A DNA stretch of 64,000 nucleotides from a virus. Below, piece by piece: positions 36,800 through 47,600 of the stretch; within the stretch, counting starts at the first letter, position 1, and each line of letters opens with the position of its first letter. A model generated the notes under the pieces. The model saw only the letters and a program-made list of their open reading frames with translations, had not been told where the DNA came from and did no database searches. Location: positions 1-64,000 of IMG/VR virus record IMGVR_UViG_3300024513_000016; one strand, 5' to 3'. The position numbers were made by a program, and so were the translations under genes.

Positions 36800-37396
36800 T
36801 TATTTTAACTCTTCGTTATTTATACATTTATCAAAACCAAATCCAAGATACGTCCTACCATTATAAATTAATTTTTTATTTGAACCATTTCCATCAACAA
36901 AATGTAAAAAACATTGAAGATTCCATTTACTTTTAGAAATTGGTCCAGAATTTGATAAGTATCTACTGTCAAAGATACATAGGTCACCCGGATTTAAATT
37001 AATTTCAATAGAATCAAATTGTTTATTAACTCTATTAAGGTGGATTGGATCTACATCATTTTCTTTTGAAAATCCTAAAGATAAAATTGCCGTAATTTCA
37101 CCAGAATTTTTATTTACATCGTACTGTAATTGATCACCTTTCATATACATTCTAACAAAACTATATGTTGGAAGTATATTAATTCCTAAAATCTCACCTA
37201 AAGGTTCACATGAATTTTGTAATATAACTTCAGACAGAGAATCATAACAAAAATCATAAGTATTTTGATAAAGATTAATATCACTTGAATTAATTTTCAA
37301 TGTAAAATAATCTTGGATAAATTCAACAAAATCTTCTTCTAAAAAATTTCTAATTATTTTATAATGATCACTTTTAAAATTTTGAGGTTCTATCAT
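36800..37396 (-). CDS. 2OG-Fe(II) oxygenase-fold protein lacking the iron ligands
   Basis: Scaffold LPTYSFVRMY.KGD.L, GEITA.L.LG, L.PGD..IF, Q.FLHFVD.NG present; expected HxD and distal H absent. Confidence 0.7.
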   Translation of the reverse strand: MIEPQNFKSDHYKIIRNFLEEDFVEFIQDYFTLKINSSDINLYQNTYDFCYDSLSEVILQNSCEPLGEILGINILPTYSFVRMYMKGDQLQYDVNKNSGEITAILSLGFSKENDVDPIHLNRVNKQFDSIEINLNPGDLCIFDSRYLSNSGPISKSKWNLQCFLHFVDGNGSNKKLIYNGRTYLGFGFDKCINNEELK

Positions 37397-37401
37397 AATT
37401 T

Positions 37402-38070
37402 TTATTTAAATCTTGGACCAATTACCCAACCAACAAGAACATATCTAGTTCCTTTTGTAATAGGAGTACATTCATGAAGAACATTAGATGGAAAAAATGT
37501 AATTAATCCTTTTTTCTTTTCTATAATTTGAGGAGTTTTACTTAAATGCAATCTCAATTCACCACCTTCATATTCAGACGGATCTGAAAGTTGTAATACA
37601 AAAGAAAGTTTCCTATCGTGTGGAACATTATTGTATATTGTATCCAAATGTGGTTTGTAAAAACTCTTAGTATTTCCATAATATTTTGTAAACTGAAGCA
37701 TTTCAATTTTTTCTAAATCAAATTTAAAATACTCAGAATTAACATAATTTATACAATCAGTTAATCTTTGATAAATCCATTCTGTTACATTATTAACAGG
37801 AACCCAAGATAATTTAGAAATTCTAGTTTGAATTTCTAAATCATTATTAGTTGAAACTAATGCATCAACTTCAGGAATACGATTGCAAATGGAAATTATT
37901 TTATTCAATTCATTATCTTTAAATAAATCACTATAATAATAAAATAAACCATTATTATTATAATTTTTTAAATAATATTCTTTTGCATTAACTACACTAA
38001 GTTCATCTTCATCTATCAATGGTCTGACCATGTTAATGATATTTTTACTTTTTAAAAATTTAGATATCAT
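37402..38070 (-). CDS. 2OG-Fe(II) oxygenase (PKHD/prolyl hydroxylase-like)
   Basis: FY.PHLD, RKLS..LQLS...YEGGEL, FFPS..LHE.TP...G.RY.LVGW. Confidence 0.9.
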   Translation of the reverse strand: MISKFLKSKNIINMVRPLIDEDELSVVNAKEYYLKNYNNNGLFYYYSDLFKDNELNKIISICNRIPEVDALVSTNNDLEIQTRISKLSWVPVNNVTEWIYQRLTDCINYVNSEYFKFDLEKIEMLQFTKYYGNTKSFYKPHLDTIYNNVPHDRKLSFVLQLSDPSEYEGGELRLHLSKTPQIIEKKKGLITFFPSNVLHECTPITKGTRYVLVGWVIGPRFK

Positions 38071-38672
38071 ATTTTTATCATATTAGAGGGCCAAGAAATA
38101 TCATTTGAAATCAATGAAAAAATATCTAAAATATCATTACATTTATCAATCTGATTATTAAGATCAAATTCTAAGTCAAATAGTTTTTGAAAAAATTTTT
38201 GAATTTCATTTACCATTTTAATAAATTCACTTGAAGTAAAATCAATAAATCCACTTTTTGATTTCCATTTGAATTTTAAATCATTATTAGAATTACATTC
38301 CAAATATTTTAATAGCAATAATGTTTTAGATCTATCGTCGGTAGATATTTCATATCTATTATCGATATTAATCCCTGAACATTCTATTTCATATCTTAAT
38401 GAACTTATTTGATCTTTGAATTGAGACTTTATAATTTCAAATAGTATACTATCACATTCAAATTCTTTCAACTTTTTTTCATTTTCTTTTGAAAATTTTA
38501 AGAACCCATGATTTGGATATCCTGCCCAAGAAAGATCATAAAGTTCATCTTTATTAAGATATACAATTCCTGAAATATTTTTCCAATTTATTTCTAATTT
38601 TTCTGGAGGACTTAAAATTTTTTTTTCTTTTGGATTTATTTCAAAATATAAATCAACTAAAATGTTCTTCAT
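38067..38672 (-). CDS. DUF4376-like tail fibre assembly protein
   Basis: P..L..NW.NISG...L..L.WAG; R...E.SGI...STDDRS...WK...GF; likely start MKNILV. Confidence 0.7.
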   Translation of the reverse strand: MKNILVDLYFEINPKEKKILSPPEKLEINWKNISGIVYLNKDELYDLSWAGYPNHGFLKFSKENEKKLKEFECDSILFEIIKSQFKDQISSLRYEIECSGINIDNRYEISTDDRSKTLLLLKYLECNSNNDLKFKWKSKSGFIDFTSSEFIKMVNEIQKFFQKLFDLEFDLNNQIDKCNDILDIFSLISNDISWPSNMIKI

Positions 38673-39321
38673 AATCTTTCCAAGCTTGGTCGGGATCTGC
38701 ACCATTTTCAATTGATTGTATAACTCTACGTTTAGCTATTTCTTTTTCACTCTTTTTCCTATCTTTTTTAACATTTTCTCTTAATTTTTCAAGATTTTTT
38801 AATGGTTCTTTTCCCAAATTATCAGAAATTTCTTCTTGAATTTTTAACTCTTCAAATACTTTTTTAGATTGTTCTTCAATATCAAAAGATTTATTTTTTT
38901 TCTTTGATTTTGTTTTTGTGGGAAGTGCCTTTTTCTCTTCAGTATTTCCTTCTAAAGATTTTTTATGTGTTTCCATTACCTGTTGCATTTGCCAAGGTGC
39001 AGCACCTGCCCAATATCTATCGTCAGCATCTAAATTCCACCCCCTCCAGGAAGCAAAATCTTGTCTAGGTCTCATAGCAATTTGAAGTCCTACTCCTGAG
39101 GCTAATTGTTCTATAAGTTCAATAACTTCTACAGGTTGAAGAACAGACCAAAGATTATAATAGTCTCCCCTCATTGATATTTCGACTACACCACCAAATG
39201 CAGTTCCCACTGTTACTGATCTAGCTCTACTTTTACTTGCTTTCAATCCTGCTAATTCATTTTCTTCATAAATTTGATTTATTTTTTCACGTATTTCATT
39301 AGTTTTCTTTTTTGAAGCCAT
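38653..39321 (-). CDS. Hypothetical protein associated with the Gly-rich fibre
   Basis: RARS.TVGTAFGG..EISMRGD..QPVEVIE...RPR.DF.SWR.W core with charged tail. Confidence 0.75.
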   Translation of the reverse strand: MASKKKTNEIREKINQIYEENELAGLKASKSRARSVTVGTAFGGVVEISMRGDYYNLWSVLQPVEVIELIEQLASGVGLQIAMRPRQDFASWRGWNLDADDRYWAGAAPWQMQQVMETHKKSLEGNTEEKKALPTKTKSKKKNKSFDIEEQSKKVFEELKIQEEISDNLGKEPLKNLEKLRENVKKDRKKSEKEIAKRRVIQSIENGADPDQAWKDYEEHFS

Positions 39322-39344
39322 GTTAATTGCATCTCCTTATTATG

Positions 39345-41012
39345 TTATTGTGCATACCATCTCACAGTTATAAATCCTCCATCTGGGACTACAACATCAT
39401 ATAATTGAAATGGATTGATTGAAATATCATTATATTTAGTTAAATTTGCAACAGATCCAGGAAGACCTTTGTTTGCATTACCTGGACTGCCAGCAGCACC
39501 AAGTTTACCATAACTAGCAGTATTTAAATTCCCAGCAGTTCCAGCTCGACCTGGAGTTCCATAACTACCAGGATTCATATTACCAGGTCTTCCATAAATT
39601 CCTGGATTTCCATACCCATCTCTCCCCCCAGAACCATTAGTACCTGACTGAGCAGAACCTCCAATCCCATGACCTCCTCCACCTCCTCCACCTCCTCCAC
39701 CAACAGGGTTCCCTAGTTTATTACCAATTGAAGGACTTCCACTACCTTTACCTCCTCCACCTCCTCCACCACCATCAGTTCCATCACCCCCAGGATTTCC
39801 CCTACCATTCGATTCTCTACCTCCTGCAAATCCCCCAGCACCACCATTTCCAGAATTTCCACCACTTCCACCATTATCACCATTAGCCCATCCCCCAGCA
39901 GAACCATTACCCGGACTTCCCCCCGGACCACCTGCTAAAACTTTACCATGACGACCGGCACCACCACCTCCACCACCAGAACCTCCAGGACCACCCCTCC
40001 AATTAGAAGGAGTTCCATCTTCACCTCGATTTCCATTTCCAGCACTCCCAGGTTCACCTATATTTCCAGCATCTCCACCAAAACCTGCACTCCCTGGACC
40101 TCCTGCATTTCCTGCAATTCCACGTTCACCTACAGTTCCAGGTGTTCCAAAATTTCCAGTTCCAGCTAATCCTCCAGCACCACCTACAAAACTATATCCC
40201 AACATTCTAGAAGAAGAACCAATATTTCCAGGTAAACCACTAGATCCAGATTTACCTGGACTGTTTGCATTTAAATTTCCAGGAAAACCATCAGTACCTG
40301 GAAATGAAGTAGCATTAGTATTTAAATTTCCAGGACTACCTATACTTCCGTTTCTACCAGGCCCACCACCAAACCCAGAAGATCCATTACCTCCAGGCTG
40401 TCCAATATTATTAGCTTGATTGCCAGGTTCACCATTTGCACCATTCCCCCCATTTCCACCATCTCCACCAGTACCATATGCTGATATTAATTCATAACCC
40501 ATAGTACCACTAGCTCCACCTGCACCACCTGGACGATTTCCAGTACATCCACCATTTCTACCATTTGCACCATTCCCACCTGCACCAGATCTACCATTTT
40601 GATTTCCTGCCCCTACAGATTTTTTAGGTCCCCAGGCACCTCCACCTCCTCCACCTCCACCCCCAGAGGCACCAGTACAACCAGCATTTGCAAACCCAAA
40701 TCCACCAGCACCTCCACGACCCCCAGTTCCAGGATTTCCAGGGTCTCCACCTGCCCCAACATTTCCATCACTCCCTTTATTTCCAGCAGGTCCTGCAGGA
40801 CCTGCTGTACCATCACTTCCTCGATTTCCAGCATCACCAGGTAATCCAGCAGTTCCATCAGTTCCAGAAGAACCTTTGGCACCTATACCTTCCAAATTTA
40901 CACGAGTAATTCTAGTTGAAGGTGCCTGCCAAGTAGCAGGTGCGTAAAAAGTAATTGACCCAGGAGGGGTCATTGTTGCTTTTGTTGCTCTTCTAGTGAT
41001 TCCAAATGCCAT
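39345..41012 (-). CDS. Glycine-rich, collagen-like fibre/adhesin
   Basis: Long Gly-X-Y runs (GLPGDAGNRGSDGTAGPAGPAG...) alternating with poly-Gly tracts; short non-repetitive termini. Confidence 0.8.
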   Translation of the reverse strand: MAFGITRRATKATMTPPGSITFYAPATWQAPSTRITRVNLEGIGAKGSSGTDGTAGLPGDAGNRGSDGTAGPAGPAGNKGSDGNVGAGGDPGNPGTGGRGGAGGFGFANAGCTGASGGGGGGGGGAWGPKKSVGAGNQNGRSGAGGNGANGRNGGCTGNRPGGAGGASGTMGYELISAYGTGGDGGNGGNGANGEPGNQANNIGQPGGNGSSGFGGGPGRNGSIGSPGNLNTNATSFPGTDGFPGNLNANSPGKSGSSGLPGNIGSSSRMLGYSFVGGAGGLAGTGNFGTPGTVGERGIAGNAGGPGSAGFGGDAGNIGEPGSAGNGNRGEDGTPSNWRGGPGGSGGGGGGAGRHGKVLAGGPGGSPGNGSAGGWANGDNGGSGGNSGNGGAGGFAGGRESNGRGNPGGDGTDGGGGGGGGKGSGSPSIGNKLGNPVGGGGGGGGGGHGIGGSAQSGTNGSGGRDGYGNPGIYGRPGNMNPGSYGTPGRAGTAGNLNTASYGKLGAAGSPGNANKGLPGSVANLTKYNDISINPFQLYDVVVPDGGFITVRWYAQ

Positions 41013-41019
41013 TTGCTTT

Positions 41020-41622
41020 TTACTCTAGATAAAACCAACCTGTTACTATATATTTGGATTTATTGCCATGAACTACATTTCCCCTATGTGTATGTGTATA
41101 TGCAGCAGGGAAAATAACAAGAGAATTTTCTTGTGGGGGTATTCTCATTCTTTGATATAAAAGTTCAGTCTCCCCTGCACCATCTTCATCAATATCATTA
41201 AGATATAAAATATAAGTTAATGCTCTAGCAGAAGAATCACCATTTCCCTGTTCACAATGCCATACATGATATCCACCACCGGGAAGAGTTTTTTGTACTT
41301 TAACACTTGTACATTTCATATTTAAATCATTAAGAACATCATATTCTCTCACATAAGAGTCATAACATCTCTGAAGTCCATCAAAAAAAATATCAGTGGC
41401 AGAAAATCCATTAAAAGAAGAAAAAGAATGATTCTTAAGATTTAAAAAGAAAAATTCATCCTGCTTTTTTGTTTTTGTAGTATTTTCACTATCCTGCCTA
41501 TTTCCACAATATCCACCTTCACGGAATCTTTCGAATTCACAAATCATGTGATTGCAAAATCCATCAGGATAAACATCCTTATACATTCCTACAAAATCTT
41601 TATAAGTTTCATTCATATTCAT
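41020..41622 (-). CDS. 2OG-Fe(II) oxygenase (prolyl 4-hydroxylase-like)
   Basis: GGYH.WHCE, ILYLND...GETE, FPA.YTH.HRG, KYI.TGW; ATAAATA at 41642-41648. Confidence 0.9.
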   Translation of the reverse strand: MNMNETYKDFVGMYKDVYPDGFCNHMICEFERFREGGYCGNRQDSENTTKTKKQDEFFFLNLKNHSFSSFNGFSATDIFFDGLQRCYDSYVREYDVLNDLNMKCTSVKVQKTLPGGGYHVWHCEQGNGDSSARALTYILYLNDIDEDGAGETELLYQRMRIPPQENSLVIFPAAYTHTHRGNVVHGNKSKYIVTGWFYLE

Positions 41623-41644
41623 GAAAAAATTAATTTAAAATTAT

Positions 41645-44600
41645 TTATGAGAAATTATAGAGTGCTATATTACCATACCAAGTTGTACCTTGATTTGGAG
41701 TAATGAAAATCCAAATATCAGTTTTTCCTGCATCTTGAGTTCTAATTGGACTCAAGTTATTTGGGAATTTAACATTACTTGAAGGATTCCAAGAAACAGA
41801 ATATGGACCACCAGTTCCATTTGTTAAAATTAAAGTGAAACTGCTGCCAACATTAGGAAGATTAATTGGATTTGTGATTGTAAATGTAGAATTAGCAGTT
41901 AAAGTTCCAATGAATACATTTCCATCATTTAGATTAATATTTCGATTTCCTGCAATATCTCCCATGTTATAAACAGTTTCACCATATTTTTGTAATACAA
42001 CATCAGTAAGATTTTTACCATTAAATGTAGAATTTGCATTTACATTTATTGAAGTAAATTGTGCTGAAGCACGAACAGCCGCACCAATAACTGTACCATC
42101 AATATTTCCACCATTGATGTCAACAGTAGCAAGTTGTGCAGTGCCATCAACAATCAGATTTTGATTAACCGTTACAATTCCACTGATTCTTGCATTGCCA
42201 GCAACATTTAAATTCTTAGCAATACCCACACCACCAGAAACAACAAGTGCTCCAGTATTTGCATTATTCGATTCAGTAGTTCCAAGAATATTAACTCTAG
42301 AAGTAATAGAATTAGAAGCAATATTTACATTATTAGCATTACCAAAAGCATTAATTGTAGTAACGTTTGTATTGAGTAAATTGAATATTCCAGTTGAAGT
42401 AGATATAAAATTAGATCCACCTAAAGTCAGATCTCCTGAGATTAGAGTATTTCCATTTGGATCCACTCTTAATTTAGCATCTACATCAAAATTCTCATTA
42501 CCATATGGAACTGTTACTAGAGGATTTGCTAACTTCCAGCTATATCCATCACTTGTATCAATACCTGCATACCAACGAATATTTGAGTTATTATGAGTGA
42601 TGTCCCAAGACATTGCAACATCACCAGTTCCACCCTGATTAATCTTAAAGTGAGCACCTCTAAGATTCTGACCAGAATTATTTTGATATGATGTTATTGT
42701 TCCTGAAGATCCAACTCTAAATTTCTCACTATTGTTGGTAAAAATACTTACATCAGCAGAATCTACAGTAATTAATCTAAGTGCAGCAGTTCCACGATGT
42801 AAAATATCAGAAGTTACATTTCCAATTCCAGCAGATCTTCCAATGCGAAGTCCATAATCAGGGAATACTCTAACATCATTATTGAATTCTGCATAAGATG
42901 TTTGATTTGTATTACCTACACCAAGTCTCAATACAGATGCTTCATTAATATATGCAGTTACGACTCCTAAATTAGGTACACTAATATTTCTTGTCGTAGA
43001 GATTGAAACATTTCCATCCGCAACTTTGAAATTAGAGTTTACAATTACATCACCAGATTTAGATTTGAGAACCAATTCTCTAGTTTTGGTGTCAATAATA
43101 TGAGATGCTGCAATTCCTACTCTAATTTCATCAAGTTCAATTGAATCTACAAAAAGATTATTATTAATATAAACATTTCCTGAGAATGTAGATACACCAA
43201 CTACTTCTAAATGATTGAGTCTAGATATACCTCTCTCATGAATCTGAGTATAAGATGTTCCAAGTCCTGTGATTGGATCAATTCCAGTTCCAGTAAATCT
43301 TGCAGTTCTATTAACAACAATATCTTCAAATTCAACATCACCCAAACTTTGAGTTTGATCAAAAACTACTTGTCCAGTTACACGAAGGTTTTGAATTAAA
43401 GTATCACCGTTAACACTAAAATTATAATTACCTACGGCAATAGTCCCTATTCCAAGTTTATCAAATTTAAAGTCTAAAATATCAGGAGTTCTACTAATAG
43501 GTCCCCAAGGTCTCCATTCATTTTCCAAATAAATGTGTCCAATATAACCATTGGTTGGGTTTGAAATATAAGAAATATCACCAAGAGTTGGATTTGGAAT
43601 GATTGCAGAAGTTGGAGTAGATAATCCAACAGTAAATAGTTTTTCTTGAGATGCTGTTCCACGAATATAAAAATTCTTGGTTAAGATTCCATCTTCAGAA
43701 AGATTAGTGATCTTTTGAGTAAAGTTTACTGGTCCATAGAATTGAGAACTTTGATTATTATTTTCTCCACCTTCTACAGTAATTCTTTCACGAACAAGAA
43801 TTTCATCAAATACACCACTCAATCTATTGCTATTTTCACCCTCTGCATCATCACCAGTGTAAGTAAGAATTGGTGCTTCAATTACTTTTTCTTCTCCAGT
43901 TGCAGAAATAAGTTTCTTACTTCCTGAGAAAAATTCTCCACTGTCATTCATACCAGTATAAACTACTGTTCCACCTCTTTGCTCTCTTGCCTGAGATGTT
44001 AAAATATCATCCTCATCAAGAATTCTATTTTGTTTTTGTGGTAAACCAGTAGAATAGTTACCTGGACCATATCCAAGATATTCAAATGTATGTCCAGATG
44101 CCCTCATGAATGAAGGTCTACGTAATTCCATAGGAAGAACTTTAATCTTCTTAATTAAAGATCCTACAGGTGCAGTAGTTTTAACAGTTCCGAATTGTCC
44201 ACGGAGAATATCAAATTCATTACCATTTGCAGTACTTGCAAGTCTAACAATTTCAGAGTTTATAGCAATATAATCTCCTCTATAAAATCCATTAGAACTT
44301 TGTAGTTGAATAATTGTACTATTTTCTGTTATGCCTTGAGAAATAGTTGTGGTTACACCTGCATAGATTGTAGAAGCACGAGATCCTAAATTCTCTTCAC
44401 CTCTACCAAGATTTTTAGCATTAGCAGATATACCATGCTTAAATACAAATCCAGTAGTTGAAGATTTAGTTTCTGTAACGATTCCTACATTAAAGGTAAA
44501 TGTATTGATTCCAATGTTATCACGGACTACAAATGTACTATTGTACATCGTATGACCACTGCCAACTATAGAAATTTTATTTCCAGGAAGTAATCCGTGA

Positions 44601-47600
44601 GGTTGACTTGTAGTTACAGTAACAATTCCCGAAGATACATTAGTAAAACTAAATGAAGTTATTCCTACTCCTTTAGATGCCAAATATCCAATAGGAACAT
44701 CATTATTGCTATTTTCTACATAGGAAGAAATTCCAGTTGGATGATAAATTTTAATAGTTTTACTATCAAGAACATCGATAATTTTAAAAGTTCCATTCAA
44801 TGGAATTGTAGAATAGAATCCAGAAAGATCTAATGCATCATTTACATTATTATTAATATCCTGAACCGTAACTACAGCATTATTTCCAGCAGATCCTCCT
44901 TGAATTTCAAGTCTCTGTCCTACAGTATGAGCAGATCCAACATCAACCAATCTCAAAGTTGAAGGATTGATTGCACCAGTTACAGTAGTATTAAATCTAC
45001 AGGTAGCATCTTCTTCTAAAAGGAATTGATCTATTAGATTTGCACTATAGATGCTAGAACTAATTGGATATCCTGCACCAGGAGAAACTACAGATAGTGA
45101 CTTAATTGAATTTAACTTATGTTCTATATCAGTATAAAGGGTAATTGTAGTATTACCAGTTCCAGAAATAGAAAGTCCAGTAATACCAAATCCAACTCTA
45201 CTATTTCTAAGTAATTGATTTAATGCTTCACGAGTTGTAGATTTCTTCTTATCATCTGTTACAACTCTTCCTAAGATATTTAAATCTGCGTAACTGATCG
45301 ATGGTAATGGATCTGGTGCATAATTATCTCTATCTGTCTGTGGATAAAGATTTCTAACATCTTGATTGAAAGTTTTTTCCGATACACCATAACCAACAAT
45401 TTCTTCAGGTCTTACACTCGAAGACAACATAATAATGTGGTAAATACCATCTTGACCATCTTCACCTGGAATGTGTCTCTTGACAGTGTTTACACGATAA
45501 GCAAAATAATTATCAAGATATGATTCTCTAGATACTAAAGGAAGATCATCTCTTTGTTGTCTTGTTGTACGAGAATTTATTGCATTTAAGAAGTTTCCTG
45601 GATTAGTAGATACCCCAGAAATTCTATATTTAAATGATTTAGAATCTAATACATCAACAACAGGATAAGATCCATTGAAAGTAGAAACAATTCCTGTTCC
45701 TGAAGTATTATTAGTACTCTTAATCTTTTGAACTTTTACAATATCTCCAGGGATAAAGTTATGAGGAACTTCAGTAGTAATGGTAACTACTTGTGAATTA
45801 TCGACAATACTATCTGCTATTGCATCGATAATAACTTTTTCATTTCTCAAATCTACTGGACTCTGAAGGTTAGTGCCTTCATCAATAGTCAAACTAGAAA
45901 TTCCAACATTCTTAGATTCTTGAAGAACAAATCCTGCCTGAGGTGGTCTTGCAAAAGTATATTCTTTTGGAATTACATAACGAAGTTTATAAATCTTATC
46001 TTCAATTGCTCTATTATCTAATTTTCTCTTAAAATAAGTTGAAGGACTTTCCAATCCTAATATTTCAGTTCCAAGTCCAACTACTGCACCATAAATTTTA
46101 TTTTGAGCAGTGAATTGAGAACTTGTAAGATACCAAGATCCCACATTTTCATCCCATTGGACTGGATGACCTAGATCTCCAGGGAACTTATCACTTACTG
46201 TACTTAAAACAGTAATTCTTCCGCCATTATTTCCAATACCTTGAATTGGAGTTCTAGATATTGCATCATTTAATGAAAATGCAAGTTGTATTTGATTATC
46301 AGATAAGAATCCACCAGTAATTGCATAATAAACTTTATCAATTTGAATACCATCAGGTGCTTGACCTGTATCACTAAAAATTCTTACTCGTTCACCATTA
46401 AACAACTGATGGTTTTGAGTTAGAGTTAAAATATTTGAAGATATATTATTGAAACCACCAGTTCTTGCAATTGTATATTCTTTTTTCGATGTTACACCTT
46501 CTCCACCACCAGGGACTGGCATGTATATTGGAGATTCAAAAGTTTGAAGATCTGTTCCTTGAGTAACAGTTAAATATAATTTATCTTGTAATTTAGCACC
46601 AATTCGATATCCATCAGTCTGAGAAGGTGGTGCAACATCTTTAGTACTATAACTAGAAATATATAATCTCTTTAAAGTATTTGATGGATTTATAGTTTTA
46701 TAAGTATCAATTGATAACCAAGTTACTTGGTTTTCATTAGTAGTAATTTCTTTTGGTGGAATAATATGAGTGATGTATCCAACATCATCCCTATCAAAAG
46801 ATTCTCTTCTATATCCAACACTTTCTAATGAAATTGCACCAAAGTTTGAGTTAGAGTTAGTGATGGACATGTCACCACCACTTTCAGTTACAAAGTGCTT
46901 TGCAAAACCGATGGCAAAGATAGAGACAGATTGGATAAATCCATCATTAGAGGTTTTAATATGGAAATTTTCGTATTCTGGTTTATAAATTGCTCTAGAA
47001 TTAGTATGTAACGGTCTCTCTGTGCTGTTATTAGGAAGAGTTAAATTATCATAATAAACACCATCCTCATAAATCAAAAATGCATTATCATCTTTCTGAA
47101 GGGAGACTCCCGTGTATTGAGCAACAACCATGGATTTAAATCCATCTGCTTTACTACCATCTCCATGCATACCACACATACCATAAACTGAACGCAATGA
47201 ACAGTTAAAGATATATGGAGATGCGGAAGATACTGTATCACTTTCTACAACAACAGTAGCAGTGTCAAAAGCAGCAGGATCTGGCAATAAATTAGTAGGA
47301 GTAGATACTGCACTAAAAGTAAAAGTAGTTAAACCTACAACTTCTCTTACAACAAATGACCCATTATATGATGCAGGTTCTTCAGTTATGCCAGAGATAA
47401 GAACTGGGGTATCAATAAACAATCCATGTGGTTTAGGAGTTCCTGTTTGAAGATCTGCTGTAGTTACAGTAATAATACTATTATCACCTGTACCGTCACC
47501 ATTTCCTGCACGAATACTTGAAATGCCTAAGGGATTTGATTGAAGAGATCCAACAATTCTGTATTCATCTATACTTGGTTCAAAATCATTATTAAGTGGA

